Origin: Elusimicrobiota bacterium
GTDB taxonomy: Bacteria; Elusimicrobiota; Elusimicrobia; UBA1565
Direction: 5' to 3'
Assembly (NCBI GenBank): GCA_043827405.1
Contig: JBDRPD010000055.1
Span: 1-12,984, forward strand
Length of the DNA stretch: 12,984 nucleotides
Shown here: positions 1 through 6,623 of the stretch, in pieces
How the letters are laid out: every line of letters starts with the position of its first letter
Position numbering within the stretch: position 1 is the first letter of the stretch
Program-made: the position numbers and the translations under genes
The notes under the pieces: model-generated
Told to the model about the DNA's origin: nothing
What the model saw: the letters and a program-made list of their open reading frames with translations, nothing else
The model's database searches: none

Positions 1-189
1 GACTTGGCGATCTCCGCGCACTTCTTGGGCCGGGGTCACGCCGAATAGGACGCGACCGCCCCGGTGGTTGAGCATGGCGCAGATCGTCCTTGCGGCATCC
101 GTGCGCCGGCCGGTCGTGCTCTTAAACTCCTGGATTTCGGACTCGCCGTGGGCGGCCCAGGCCTGAATCTGTTCTGAGGTAAGGGGCAT
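1..189 (-). CDS. Schlafen/AlbA_2 domain protein, N-terminal part (runs off the left edge; could be a gene remnant)
   Basis: Manual translation from ATG at 189: MPLTSEQIQAWAAHGESEIQEFKSTTGRRTDAARTICAMLNHRGGRVLFGVTPAQEVRGDRQV, open to position 1. The E-S-x-x-x-E-F-K and A-M-L-N-x-x-G-G-x-x-x-x-G-V motifs are the AlbA_2 signature. In-frame ATGs at 201 and 246 are alternative starts. Not in the supplied ORF track. Confidence 0.8.
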   Translation of the reverse strand, partial: MPLTSEQIQAWAAHGESEIQEFKSTTGRRTDAARTICAMLNHRGGRVLFGVTPAQEVRGDRQV

Positions 190-268
190 TTCTTGGGGCA
201 TATTACTGGTACGAGCGACGGGCCGCGTAGTTCCATGGCTCACCATGCTCGCCGTCTGACCCATTTAG

Positions 269-274
269 TAGAAT
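269..274 (+). promoter_or_regulatory. Putative -10 box (TAGAAT) for the tRNA-Leu/psd/pssA transcript
   Basis: TAGAAT inside an AT-rich patch (ATTTAGTAGAAT, 263-274), 8 nt before the first tRNA base. No convincing -35. Confidence 0.5.
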
Positions 275-282
275 CCCTGAGC

Positions 283-365
283 GGGCAAGTGGCGGAATGG
301 CAGACGCTGCGGACTTAAAATCCGCTGGCCGCAAGGCCGTGGGGGTTCGAGTCCCCCCTTGCCCA
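283..365 (+). tRNA. tRNA-Leu, anticodon UAA (83 nt, long variable arm, CCA not encoded)
   Basis: Acceptor stem GGGCAAG (283-289)/CTTGCCC (358-364) with discriminator A365. D region TGGCGGAATGGCAGACGC. Anticodon stem GCGGA/TCCGC with loop CTTAAAA (TAA at 316-318). Variable arm GGCC-GCAA-GGCC. T arm GGGGG-TTCGAGT-CCCCC. Followed by GG, not CCA. Confidence 0.97.
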
Positions 366-373
366 GGATAAAT

Positions 374-1012
374 ATGAAAATAGCGCAGGACGGCTGGGGC
401 TTTATTATTCTCGGGATCGCGGTCGCGGCGGCGGGCGCGCTGTCGGTGCGCGCCTTCGGCGCTCTGTCGATCGTTGTCGCCGTGCTCGGCGGCGGCTTCG
501 CGGGCTTCAGCGCCTATTTCTTCCGCGACCCGGAACGGCCGCTGCCGACCGACCCGAACAAGATCTACTCGCCGGGCGACGGCACCGTCTTGAGCGTGGT
601 GAAGGAAAACGGCGACGGGGAGACGGTGCGCATCTTCCTGTCGATCTTCAACGTGCATATCCAGCGCGCGCCCTGCGCCGGCAAAGTCGAGCGCGTCGAT
701 TATCGCACCGGCAGCTTCAAGGCCGCCATGGTCGACGGCGCGCGCGAGAACGAGCGCAATATCGTCGAGCTGGCGGTCAGGAATCGGCCGGAGAAGGTCG
801 CCGTTGAGCAGATCGCGGGACTCATCGCCCGCCGCATCCGCTGCTGGATCAAGGCGGGCGACGAGATCGCGGCCGGCGCGCGCTACGGGCTCATCCAGTT
901 CGGCTCGCAGGCGGCGGTGCATTTGCCGCCCAGCGCCCGGGCCACGGTCAAGCCGGGCGATAAGGTCGCCGCGGGCATCACGGAGATTGCGCAATGGATC
1001 GCGGACAAATAA
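374..1012 (+). CDS. psd: Phosphatidylserine decarboxylase proenzyme (short type, 212 aa)
   Basis: N-terminal hydrophobic segment, then YFFRDPER, SPGDG, IFLSIFNVH, ENERN, QIAGLIARRI and the self-cleavage motif GLIQFGS. Adjacent to pssA. Start moved to ATG 374 (AGGA at 365-368) because the track start at 359 lies inside the tRNA. Confidence 0.95.
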   Translation: MKIAQDGWGFIILGIAVAAAGALSVRAFGALSIVVAVLGGGFAGFSAYFFRDPERPLPTDPNKIYSPGDGTVLSVVKENGDGETVRIFLSIFNVHIQRAPCAGKVERVDYRTGSFKAAMVDGARENERNIVELAVRNRPEKVAVEQIAGLIARRIRCWIKAGDEIAAGARYGLIQFGSQAAVHLPPSARATVKPGDKVAAGITEIAQWIADK

Positions 1013-1767
1013 AGCGCGGCGGCCAGTTCCTGGCGCCCACCATGTTCACCATGGGCAATATGGCCTGCGGCTTCTATGCTGTGCTGGCCGCCAGTATCGG
1101 AGATTTCGCCATCGCCGCCACCGCCATCCTGTGCGGCATCGTTTTCGATATGCTCGACGGGAGGGTGGCGCGGCTGGTCAAAGGCGAGAGCTCCTTCGGC
1201 GTTGAGTTCGATTCGCTGGCCGACTTTATGAACTTCGGCGTGGCGCCCGGCTTCATGATGTACGAGCTGTTTTTGAAGGACTACGGCAGTCCGGGGACCA
1301 TCGTGGCTTTTCTTTACGTGCTGTGCGGCGGGATGCGCCTGGCGCGCTTCAACGCCGTGGCGCAGGACGGAAAATCTTCCAAGACCAGCTTCCAGGGATT
1401 GCCGATTCCGGCGGCGGCGGGCTTTTTGGCGACTCTGGTCCTGCTCTACACGATCACCGAGCGTAACAGCGATGCGCGGACTATCGGCGCGCTGATGTAC
1501 GTCGTTCCCCGGATCGCGCAACTGGCGCCGTTCGTGATGCTGGTGCTGGGCTTTCTCATGATCTCAAATATCCCTTATGCCGCCTTCAAACAGGTAAACC
1601 TGTTCGACATGAGGCAGGTCCGGCCGCTGATCGCGGTCGTCGTCGGCGGCACGTTGCTGTACTTGTTCCCGCAGAACGCGCTGTTTCTGCTGTTTCTCTT
1701 CTACGTCCTGTCCGGGTTCACCAAGCTGGTGTTCCATCCCCGCCCCGCCGAGAAGCCGGAAGATTAA
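994..1767 (+). CDS. pssA: CDP-diacylglycerol--serine O-phosphatidyltransferase (phosphatidylserine synthase)
   Basis: CDP-alcohol phosphotransferase motif DMLDGRVAR...SSFGVEFDSLAD, plus FGVAP, RLARFN and FQGLPIPAAA. Multi-pass hydrophobic protein. GGAG at 982-985. Overlaps psd by 19 nt. Confidence 0.93.
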   Translation: MDRGQIKRGGQFLAPTMFTMGNMACGFYAVLAASIGDFAIAATAILCGIVFDMLDGRVARLVKGESSFGVEFDSLADFMNFGVAPGFMMYELFLKDYGSPGTIVAFLYVLCGGMRLARFNAVAQDGKSSKTSFQGLPIPAAAGFLATLVLLYTITERNSDARTIGALMYVVPRIAQLAPFVMLVLGFLMISNIPYAAFKQVNLFDMRQVRPLIAVVVGGTLLYLFPQNALFLLFLFYVLSGFTKLVFHPRPAEKPED

Positions 1768-2333
1768 GCCGTTTTCAGCTTGACGATGAGGACCCGCCGG
1801 TCGGTGCGGAAGGGATAGCCTTTATCGTTGGCGCCCTCGGTCGGGATGCGGTCGATGGTCCGGTATTCGATGCTTTCCACCCCGGGCGAACCTTCCAGCG
1901 TCGCGGCGATATAGTCCCGCTCGGCGTCGGCGTCGGGGTCGGGGATATGGGACAGGTCGCGGTAGCGGATATCCCGGTCGTAGTTGGCGCTGCCCCACCA
2001 GACATCGTGCGGCAGGCGCCACAGCCGGAAGTGGTGCCGCTCGGCGAGCGGCCGCACGACTTGCGCCCAGTTGTGGTCCTGAGGGCGGCGGTCCAGGTGG
2101 TAGATGTTCATGGGCGGAAACAGCGTCAGCCGGCGGCCGCGCAGCAGCTGGCCGAGGCCCTGCAGGATCGATACCGGGATGGAGAGCGAAAGCCGGACCC
2201 AGCCGGCGGCCTGGAGCGCACCGATAACGGATTCTTCCGGACCGAGGAACAGCAGGTTCCAGGGGTCGCCGGGACGACGGCCGCGTCCCGTGTTGCGCGC
2301 GGGCAGGGTGTCCAGCAGTACGGCGAGCTTCAC
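1764..2333 (-). CDS. Stand-alone LssY C-terminal-domain protein (189 aa)
   Basis: Motifs GDPWNLLFLG, AAGW, RHHFRLW, WWGSANYD, H-x-x-DPDADAERD and G-x-PFRTD match the LssY_C family as I recall it. The GTG start overlaps the upstream TAG stop (TAGTG). Confidence 0.72.
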   Translation of the reverse strand: MKLAVLLDTLPARNTGRGRRPGDPWNLLFLGPEESVIGALQAAGWVRLSLSIPVSILQGLGQLLRGRRLTLFPPMNIYHLDRRPQDHNWAQVVRPLAERHHFRLWRLPHDVWWGSANYDRDIRYRDLSHIPDPDADAERDYIAATLEGSPGVESIEYRTIDRIPTEGANDKGYPFRTDRRVLIVKLKTA

Positions 2334-3124
2334 TAAGGCTTCTGCTGCCCGTACTTGCGGTTGATCTCGGGCAGGGCGGCCTTGATTTTCTCCTGGCGGT
2401 CGCTGCTGCTCGGATGGGTGCTCATGAATTTACCGAGCGGCCCCGAGGGCGACTTGCCCTCGGTCGCCTGCTCCATGCGCTTCCAGAAGAGCACCGCCTG
2501 CGCCGGATCGTAGCCCGACTTGACCATGAGGATGAGACCGATATGATCGGCCTCGGATTCCTGGTTGCGGCTGTAGGGCAGGAGCACGCCCAAAGTCGCG
2601 GCGGCGGCATAGGCTTCGCTGGAGAGCCGCTGGGTCGCCGCCGACTCTCCGCCCAAAATAGCGCCGAGCGCCTGGCCGCCGGCGCTGAGAATCTGGCCCT
2701 GGCTGACGCGCTCGCCGCCGTGCCGGGCGAGCGCATGGGCGATCTCATGGCTCATGACCACGGCGACCCCGTCTTCGCCTTTGGCGACGGGCAGGATGCC
2801 GGTGTAGAAGGCGACCTTGCCGCCCGGCAGGCAGAAGGCGTTGATCTGCTTGTCGTCGTCGATCAGGTTGAACTCCCACTTGAAGTCGGGCTTGTTGGCC
2901 GCCTTCGCCAGCCGGCGGCCGACCTTGCGGATGAGGTCGACCTGCTCGCGGTCGGTCGATATTTTGGCCTTCTTGAGGATGTCACGGTAGGCCTCTTCTC
3001 CCATCTGGTTCTCTTTGCCCGCGGAGACGAGCAGCATTTGCCGGCGGCCGGTGTACTGCACGGTCTGACAGGCGGCGACCAGCAGGCAGGTGATGAGCGG
3101 CAGGGCGCAGCGTCGCAAGTTCAT
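2333..3124 (-). CDS. M48 family zinc metallopeptidase, predicted lipoprotein (Oma1/LoiP-like, 263 aa)
   Basis: NAFCLPGGK, HEIAH zinc motif, YSRNQESEAD third-ligand motif and STHP. The signal peptide MNLRRCALPLITCLLVAAC ends in a lipobox-like VAAC. Start moved to ATG 3124, which gives an ATGA overlap with the metG stop. Confidence 0.92.
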   Translation of the reverse strand: MNLRRCALPLITCLLVAACQTVQYTGRRQMLLVSAGKENQMGEEAYRDILKKAKISTDREQVDLIRKVGRRLAKAANKPDFKWEFNLIDDDKQINAFCLPGGKVAFYTGILPVAKGEDGVAVVMSHEIAHALARHGGERVSQGQILSAGGQALGAILGGESAATQRLSSEAYAAAATLGVLLPYSRNQESEADHIGLILMVKSGYDPAQAVLFWKRMEQATEGKSPSGPLGKFMSTHPSSSDRQEKIKAALPEINRKYGQQKP

Positions 3125-4605
3125 TTTCTTGGGAACAGCGGCGGTTTTTTCGCGATCTTGCCTTCGAGCATCGACTGCAGCTCGGCGGCGGTGTGCGGCA
3201 TGAAGGGCGCGATCCAATCGCCGATAATGCGCAGCGAGCCGACCAGATCGAAGAGCAGGGGGGGGAGGGCGTCCAGGTTCGTCTTCGCCAGCTCCCAGGG
3301 CTTGGTGGCGTTGATGTGTTCGTTGAGCCGCCGCACCCCCGACCAGACGATATCGAGCGCTTCCTGCAGGGCCACGGCTTCCATCGCCCGGTCGTATTCC
3401 GGCATCTTGCCGTGCAGCTCCCGGGTGACCGGGATATGCTCGTCCGCCGGCTGGTCCGGAAGGCCGCCCGCCAGATACTTGTCGACCATATTGGTCGCGC
3501 GGCTGACCAGGTTGCCGAAGTCGTTGGCGAGCTCGGCGTTGTAGCGCCCGCGGAACTTTTCAAGCGAGAAGTCGCCGTCGTTGCCGAACGGCATTTCGCG
3601 AAACAGAAAGTAGCGGAAAGCGTCGACGCCGTACTCGGCGGTGAGCTCGCGCGGGTCGATGAAGTTGTCTTTCGACTTGGACATCTTCTGGCCTTCGACG
3701 GTCCACCAGCCATGCGCGAAGACGGATTTCGGCGGAGCGACCTCGAGGGCCATAAGCATGGCGGGCCAGATGACCGTATGGAAGCGATAGATTTCCTTGC
3801 CGACAAAGTGCACGTCGGCGGGCCACAGCTCGCCGCCGCGGTCCTCCCCGTCCCCGGTGAAGCCCGGCGGCCGGTAGCCGGTGGCCGTTAGGTAGTTCTG
3901 CAGGGCATCGAACCAGACGTAGATTACATGCTCCGGGGCGGAGAGCACGGGGATGCCCCAGCGGACCTTGGTGCGCGAGACGGCCAGGTCGCGCAGGCCG
4001 TCCTTGACGAAGTTAACGATTTCCTTGGCCCGGTGCGGCGGCCGCAGGAAGCCGGGGTTTTTCTCATAGAACTCGAGCAGGGGCTGTTCGTACTTCGAGA
4101 GCTTGAAGAAGAAGCTCTCCTCTTCCGTGAGCTTGAGCTCCTTGCGGCAGTCCTTGTTGGGGCAGCGGCGCACGTCCTTTTCCGGCGGGGCCTCGGTTTC
4201 GGTCCAGTAGGTCTCGCAGGGTACGCAGTAGTAGCCCTTGTAGACGCCCTTATAGATGTCGCCGGTCGACTGCAGGTGCGCGAAGACCGCCTGGACGCGA
4301 CGGGTATGGCGCTCTTCGGTGGTGCGGATGAAGTCATCGAAGCGGACGTCCAAGTGCTGCCACAGCTCCTTGAACTCCTTGACCACGCTGTCGGCGTAGG
4401 CGAGGGGTTCGACCCCGGCGGCCTGCGCGGCCTCCTCGATTTTTGAGCCGTGCTCGTCGGTGCCCGTCAGCAGCTGGACGGTTTCGCCGCGGCCGCGCCG
4501 GTAGCGCGTCAGAATGTCGGCGGCCAAGGTCGTATAGGCGTGGCCGATATGGGGCGCGGCGTTGACGTAGTAGAGCGGGGTCGTGATGTAGAAGGTCTTT
4601 TTCAT
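3121..4605 (-). CDS. metG: Methionine--tRNA ligase, short form without the C-terminal dimerisation/tRNA-binding domain
   Basis: YITTPLYYVNAAPHIGH (HIGH motif), GTDEHG, zinc knuckle CVPC...CPNKDC, YVWFDAL, KMSKS, NAELANDFGNL and KPW. ATGA overlap with the holB stop. Confidence 0.98.
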   Translation of the reverse strand: MKKTFYITTPLYYVNAAPHIGHAYTTLAADILTRYRRGRGETVQLLTGTDEHGSKIEEAAQAAGVEPLAYADSVVKEFKELWQHLDVRFDDFIRTTEERHTRRVQAVFAHLQSTGDIYKGVYKGYYCVPCETYWTETEAPPEKDVRRCPNKDCRKELKLTEEESFFFKLSKYEQPLLEFYEKNPGFLRPPHRAKEIVNFVKDGLRDLAVSRTKVRWGIPVLSAPEHVIYVWFDALQNYLTATGYRPPGFTGDGEDRGGELWPADVHFVGKEIYRFHTVIWPAMLMALEVAPPKSVFAHGWWTVEGQKMSKSKDNFIDPRELTAEYGVDAFRYFLFREMPFGNDGDFSLEKFRGRYNAELANDFGNLVSRATNMVDKYLAGGLPDQPADEHIPVTRELHGKMPEYDRAMEAVALQEALDIVWSGVRRLNEHINATKPWELAKTNLDALPPLLFDLVGSLRIIGDWIAPFMPHTAAELQSMLEGKIAKKPPLFPRK

Positions 4606-5468
4606 TTGGCTTTCTCGTACGACTCCAGCTGCTGCAGGCGCAAAGCCGACAGCTCGATGATGAGCCGCGGATCGGCGTTGGCTTCCAGCGCCTGCTGCAT
4701 CTCCGCCAGTTCGCGGTGGACGATGCGTACCGCGCCCCGGGCGTAGCCCGCGAGGCCGCGGCTGGCGCGCAGGTATACGGCCATCTGCCGCAGGTGCCGG
4801 GACGCCAGCGGACGCGCGAGATGAAGCTCGCGCGGCAGGCTTTCCGCCAGACGGAAGGGCGCCATGGGGTCGTTGAGCCAGCCGGCCGGGTCCGGCAGCT
4901 CCGCGTCGAGGAGCTTGCGGAAGTTCCGGATCGGCGGCGGCATAAACGGCACTTCTTGGCAGCGCGAGCGCACGGTGCTCAATAGTTCATCCGGGCGGTG
5001 CGTGGCGAGAAGCCATAGCGTGCGCGGGGGCGGCTCTTCGAGGGTCTTGAGCAGGGCATTGGCCGCCGCCGGCACCAGCAAATGCGCGTTCTCCAGGATC
5101 GCGACCTTCCAGCGGCCCGGGGCCGAGCGCATCTCCAGGCGGCCGAGGAGATGGCGCACCGTGTCCACCTTGATCGAGCGCTGCTTGGCGGGCTCTTCGT
5201 CGAGCAGGGCGGCCTGAAACTCGGCGTTGACGCGGTAGAGATCGGGGTCGAGCCCCTTGGCCGAGGCGTCGCAGGACGCGCAGCCGCCGCAGGCGTCGAT
5301 CTTGTCTTTGTCGCAGTGCAGGGCGTCGGCGAAAGCGCGGGCCGCGGCGGCCTTGCCCGTTCCCCGCGGTCCGCGCAGCAGCAGGGCGGGGGGGATGCGC
5401 CGGCTTTTCAGCAGGTTTTTGAGCAGGCTGACGGCCCGTTCCTGGCCCAGGATTTCCCGAAAATTCAC
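4602..5468 (-). CDS. holB: DNA polymerase III subunit delta' (clamp loader)
   Basis: FREILGQ, GPRGTGK, four-Cys zinc module (C...CGGCASC), ANALLKTLEEPP and TVRSRC. Conserved position between tmk and metG. GTG start. Confidence 0.9.
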   Translation of the reverse strand: MNFREILGQERAVSLLKNLLKSRRIPPALLLRGPRGTGKAAAARAFADALHCDKDKIDACGGCASCDASAKGLDPDLYRVNAEFQAALLDEEPAKQRSIKVDTVRHLLGRLEMRSAPGRWKVAILENAHLLVPAAANALLKTLEEPPPRTLWLLATHRPDELLSTVRSRCQEVPFMPPPIRNFRKLLDAELPDPAGWLNDPMAPFRLAESLPRELHLARPLASRHLRQMAVYLRASRGLAGYARGAVRIVHRELAEMQQALEANADPRLIIELSALRLQQLESYEKAK

Positions 5469-5475
5469 GTCGATG

Positions 5476-5484
5476 ATTGTAGCA
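5476..5484 (-). promoter_or_regulatory. Extended -10 box TGcTACAAT, putative leaderless promoter of holB
   Basis: Minus strand reads ATTTGCTACAAT-catcgac-GTG, i.e. exactly 7 nt from the hexamer to the start codon. No Shine-Dalgarno in the 23-nt gap. Confidence 0.6.
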
Positions 5485-5486
5485 AA

Positions 5487-5500
5487 TCGGCTTAAGCCGA
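5487..5500. repeat. Perfect 14-bp palindrome TCGGCTTAAGCCGA over the tmk stop codon
   Basis: The sequence equals its own reverse complement. Read directly. Confidence 0.85.
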
Positions 5501-6157
5501 CAGCGGCAGGGGCTCGAGCGTCTCTTTGAGCAGGACGCTGACGCGGCTGACGATGTCGACGTGGACCAGGTGCGGCGGCCGGTCGGCGTCGATCAGGATC
5601 ACCTTCCTCTCCGCGGCGGCCAGCTTGCGGTAGCCCGCGGCGACCTTGTGCCGAAAGGCGGCGTCCTCGCGCTCCAGCCGGTCGAGTTCCCGGCCGGGGT
5701 CTCGCGATTTGAAGCGCTGGTCCGGGATATCGAGCACCATGGTCAAATCGGGCGTCAGGCCGCCGGTCGCGATCTTGTTGAGCTGCCGGACCAGCTGCAG
5801 ATCAAGACCCCGGGCATAGCCCTGATAGGCCAAAGTCGCCAGGGTGTAGCGCTCGGAGACCGCGATGAGGCCGCGCTGCATCGCCGGGCGCAGCACCTGC
5901 TCCGTATGCTGGACGCGGGCCGCTTCGTAGATCATGAGCTCGGCCAGGGGCTCGACCTCGTGCGTCGGATCGAGGACGACCTTGCGCAGCGCCTCGGCGA
6001 AGGCGGTGCCTCCCGGCTCCCGGGTATGGACGATAGACCGGGATTCGCCCGCTCTATCGTAGTGCTCGCGCAGGGCGCGGACGAGGAGCGCCGCCTGCGT
6101 CGACTTGCCGCACTTATCCGGTCCTTCGAGGACGATGAAATGCCCGCGCGGCTTCAG
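5492..6157 (-). CDS. tmk: Thymidylate kinase (dTMP kinase), probable CTG start
   Basis: P-loop FIVLEGPDKCGKSTQ, TREPGGT, ERY...TLAYQG, PDLT and DRLE. Lies upstream of holB. The start is uncertain: CTG 6157 (AAAGGG 7 nt upstream) versus ATG 6250 inside the upstream gene. Confidence 0.93.
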   Translation of the reverse strand: MKPRGHFIVLEGPDKCGKSTQAALLVRALREHYDRAGESRSIVHTREPGGTAFAEALRKVVLDPTHEVEPLAELMIYEAARVQHTEQVLRPAMQRGLIAVSERYTLATLAYQGYARGLDLQLVRQLNKIATGGLTPDLTMVLDIPDQRFKSRDPGRELDRLEREDAAFRHKVAAGYRKLAAAERKVILIDADRPPHLVHVDIVSRVSVLLKETLEPLPLSA

Positions 6158-6161
6158 AGCG

Positions 6162-6590
6162 TTACCCTTTGGCCTTGGCGCACAGCTCGTTGAAGATCGG
6201 ACCGGCGCCGTGATAGTCGGAGTCGATCGCGGCGGAGATGGCGGCGACATCGGCGGGTTTCAGGCCCGGCGTGACCTTGGCGATGCCCTCCATGGCCCAG
6301 GTCATGGTCTCCATCTGGTCGGCGCCGATGCGGCTGGCGGCGTCGGCGGCCGCTTTAATGATCTGGCTGGCGCTTTCCGGGAGCTTTTGATCCATGAGGA
6401 CCATGGCGCTGATCGCGCCGTGGCAGGCATGGACGAAAACTTCCTGTTTCGACAGGCCCGGCTCCTTGACGCCTTCCGCCATATGCATGGTGATGAAGCC
6501 GTCGACCTTGATGTGCGGGCTGGTCGCGTCGCAGAGCTTCTGCAGGATGTCGACCTGTACTTTCTTCTTGAAGGGGTGTTCTTCGGTCAT
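6162..6590 (-). CDS. Hypothetical soluble protein, probably helical (142 aa)
   Basis: Fills the gap between two clear genes on the same strand. AGGTG Shine-Dalgarno lies 8 nt upstream of the ATG. Normal globular composition. No family recognised. Confidence 0.8.
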   Translation of the reverse strand: MTEEHPFKKKVQVDILQKLCDATSPHIKVDGFITMHMAEGVKEPGLSKQEVFVHACHGAISAMVLMDQKLPESASQIIKAAADAASRIGADQMETMTWAMEGIAKVTPGLKPADVAAISAAIDSDYHGAGPIFNELCAKAKG

Positions 6591-6623
6591 GGCTAAGCAC
6601 CTGTGATTCGGATTATCGACATA

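Noticed and set aside
183..201. ATGCCCC direct repeat with 12-nt period on the minus strand
   Set aside because: Only 7 bp. It creates an alternative in-frame start but gives no evidence of a target-site duplication or operator.
36..236. 66-aa minus-strand ORF from the track
   Set aside because: Pro/Arg-rich with no motifs. A different frame over the same DNA gives clear AlbA_2 motifs.
283..365. tRNA as an integration (att) site for an island
   Set aside because: The 3' side runs straight into housekeeping psd. I saw no duplicated tRNA 3' fragment and no integrase in the window.
359..373. ORF-track TTG start for psd
   Set aside because: Lies within the tRNA acceptor stem. ATG 374 has an AGGA upstream.
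203..994. 263-aa minus-strand ORF
   Set aside because: Antisense shadow of psd and the tRNA. No motifs, and such long shadows are expected at high GC.
3125..3217. N-terminal extension of the M48 ORF
   Set aside because: Overlaps metG by about 97 nt and buries the signal peptide. ATG 3124 gives an ATGA junction.
2414..3891. Long plus-strand ORFs (376 aa, 232 aa) and the 274-aa alternate minus frame
   Set aside because: Shadows of the M48 peptidase and metG, with no recognisable domains.
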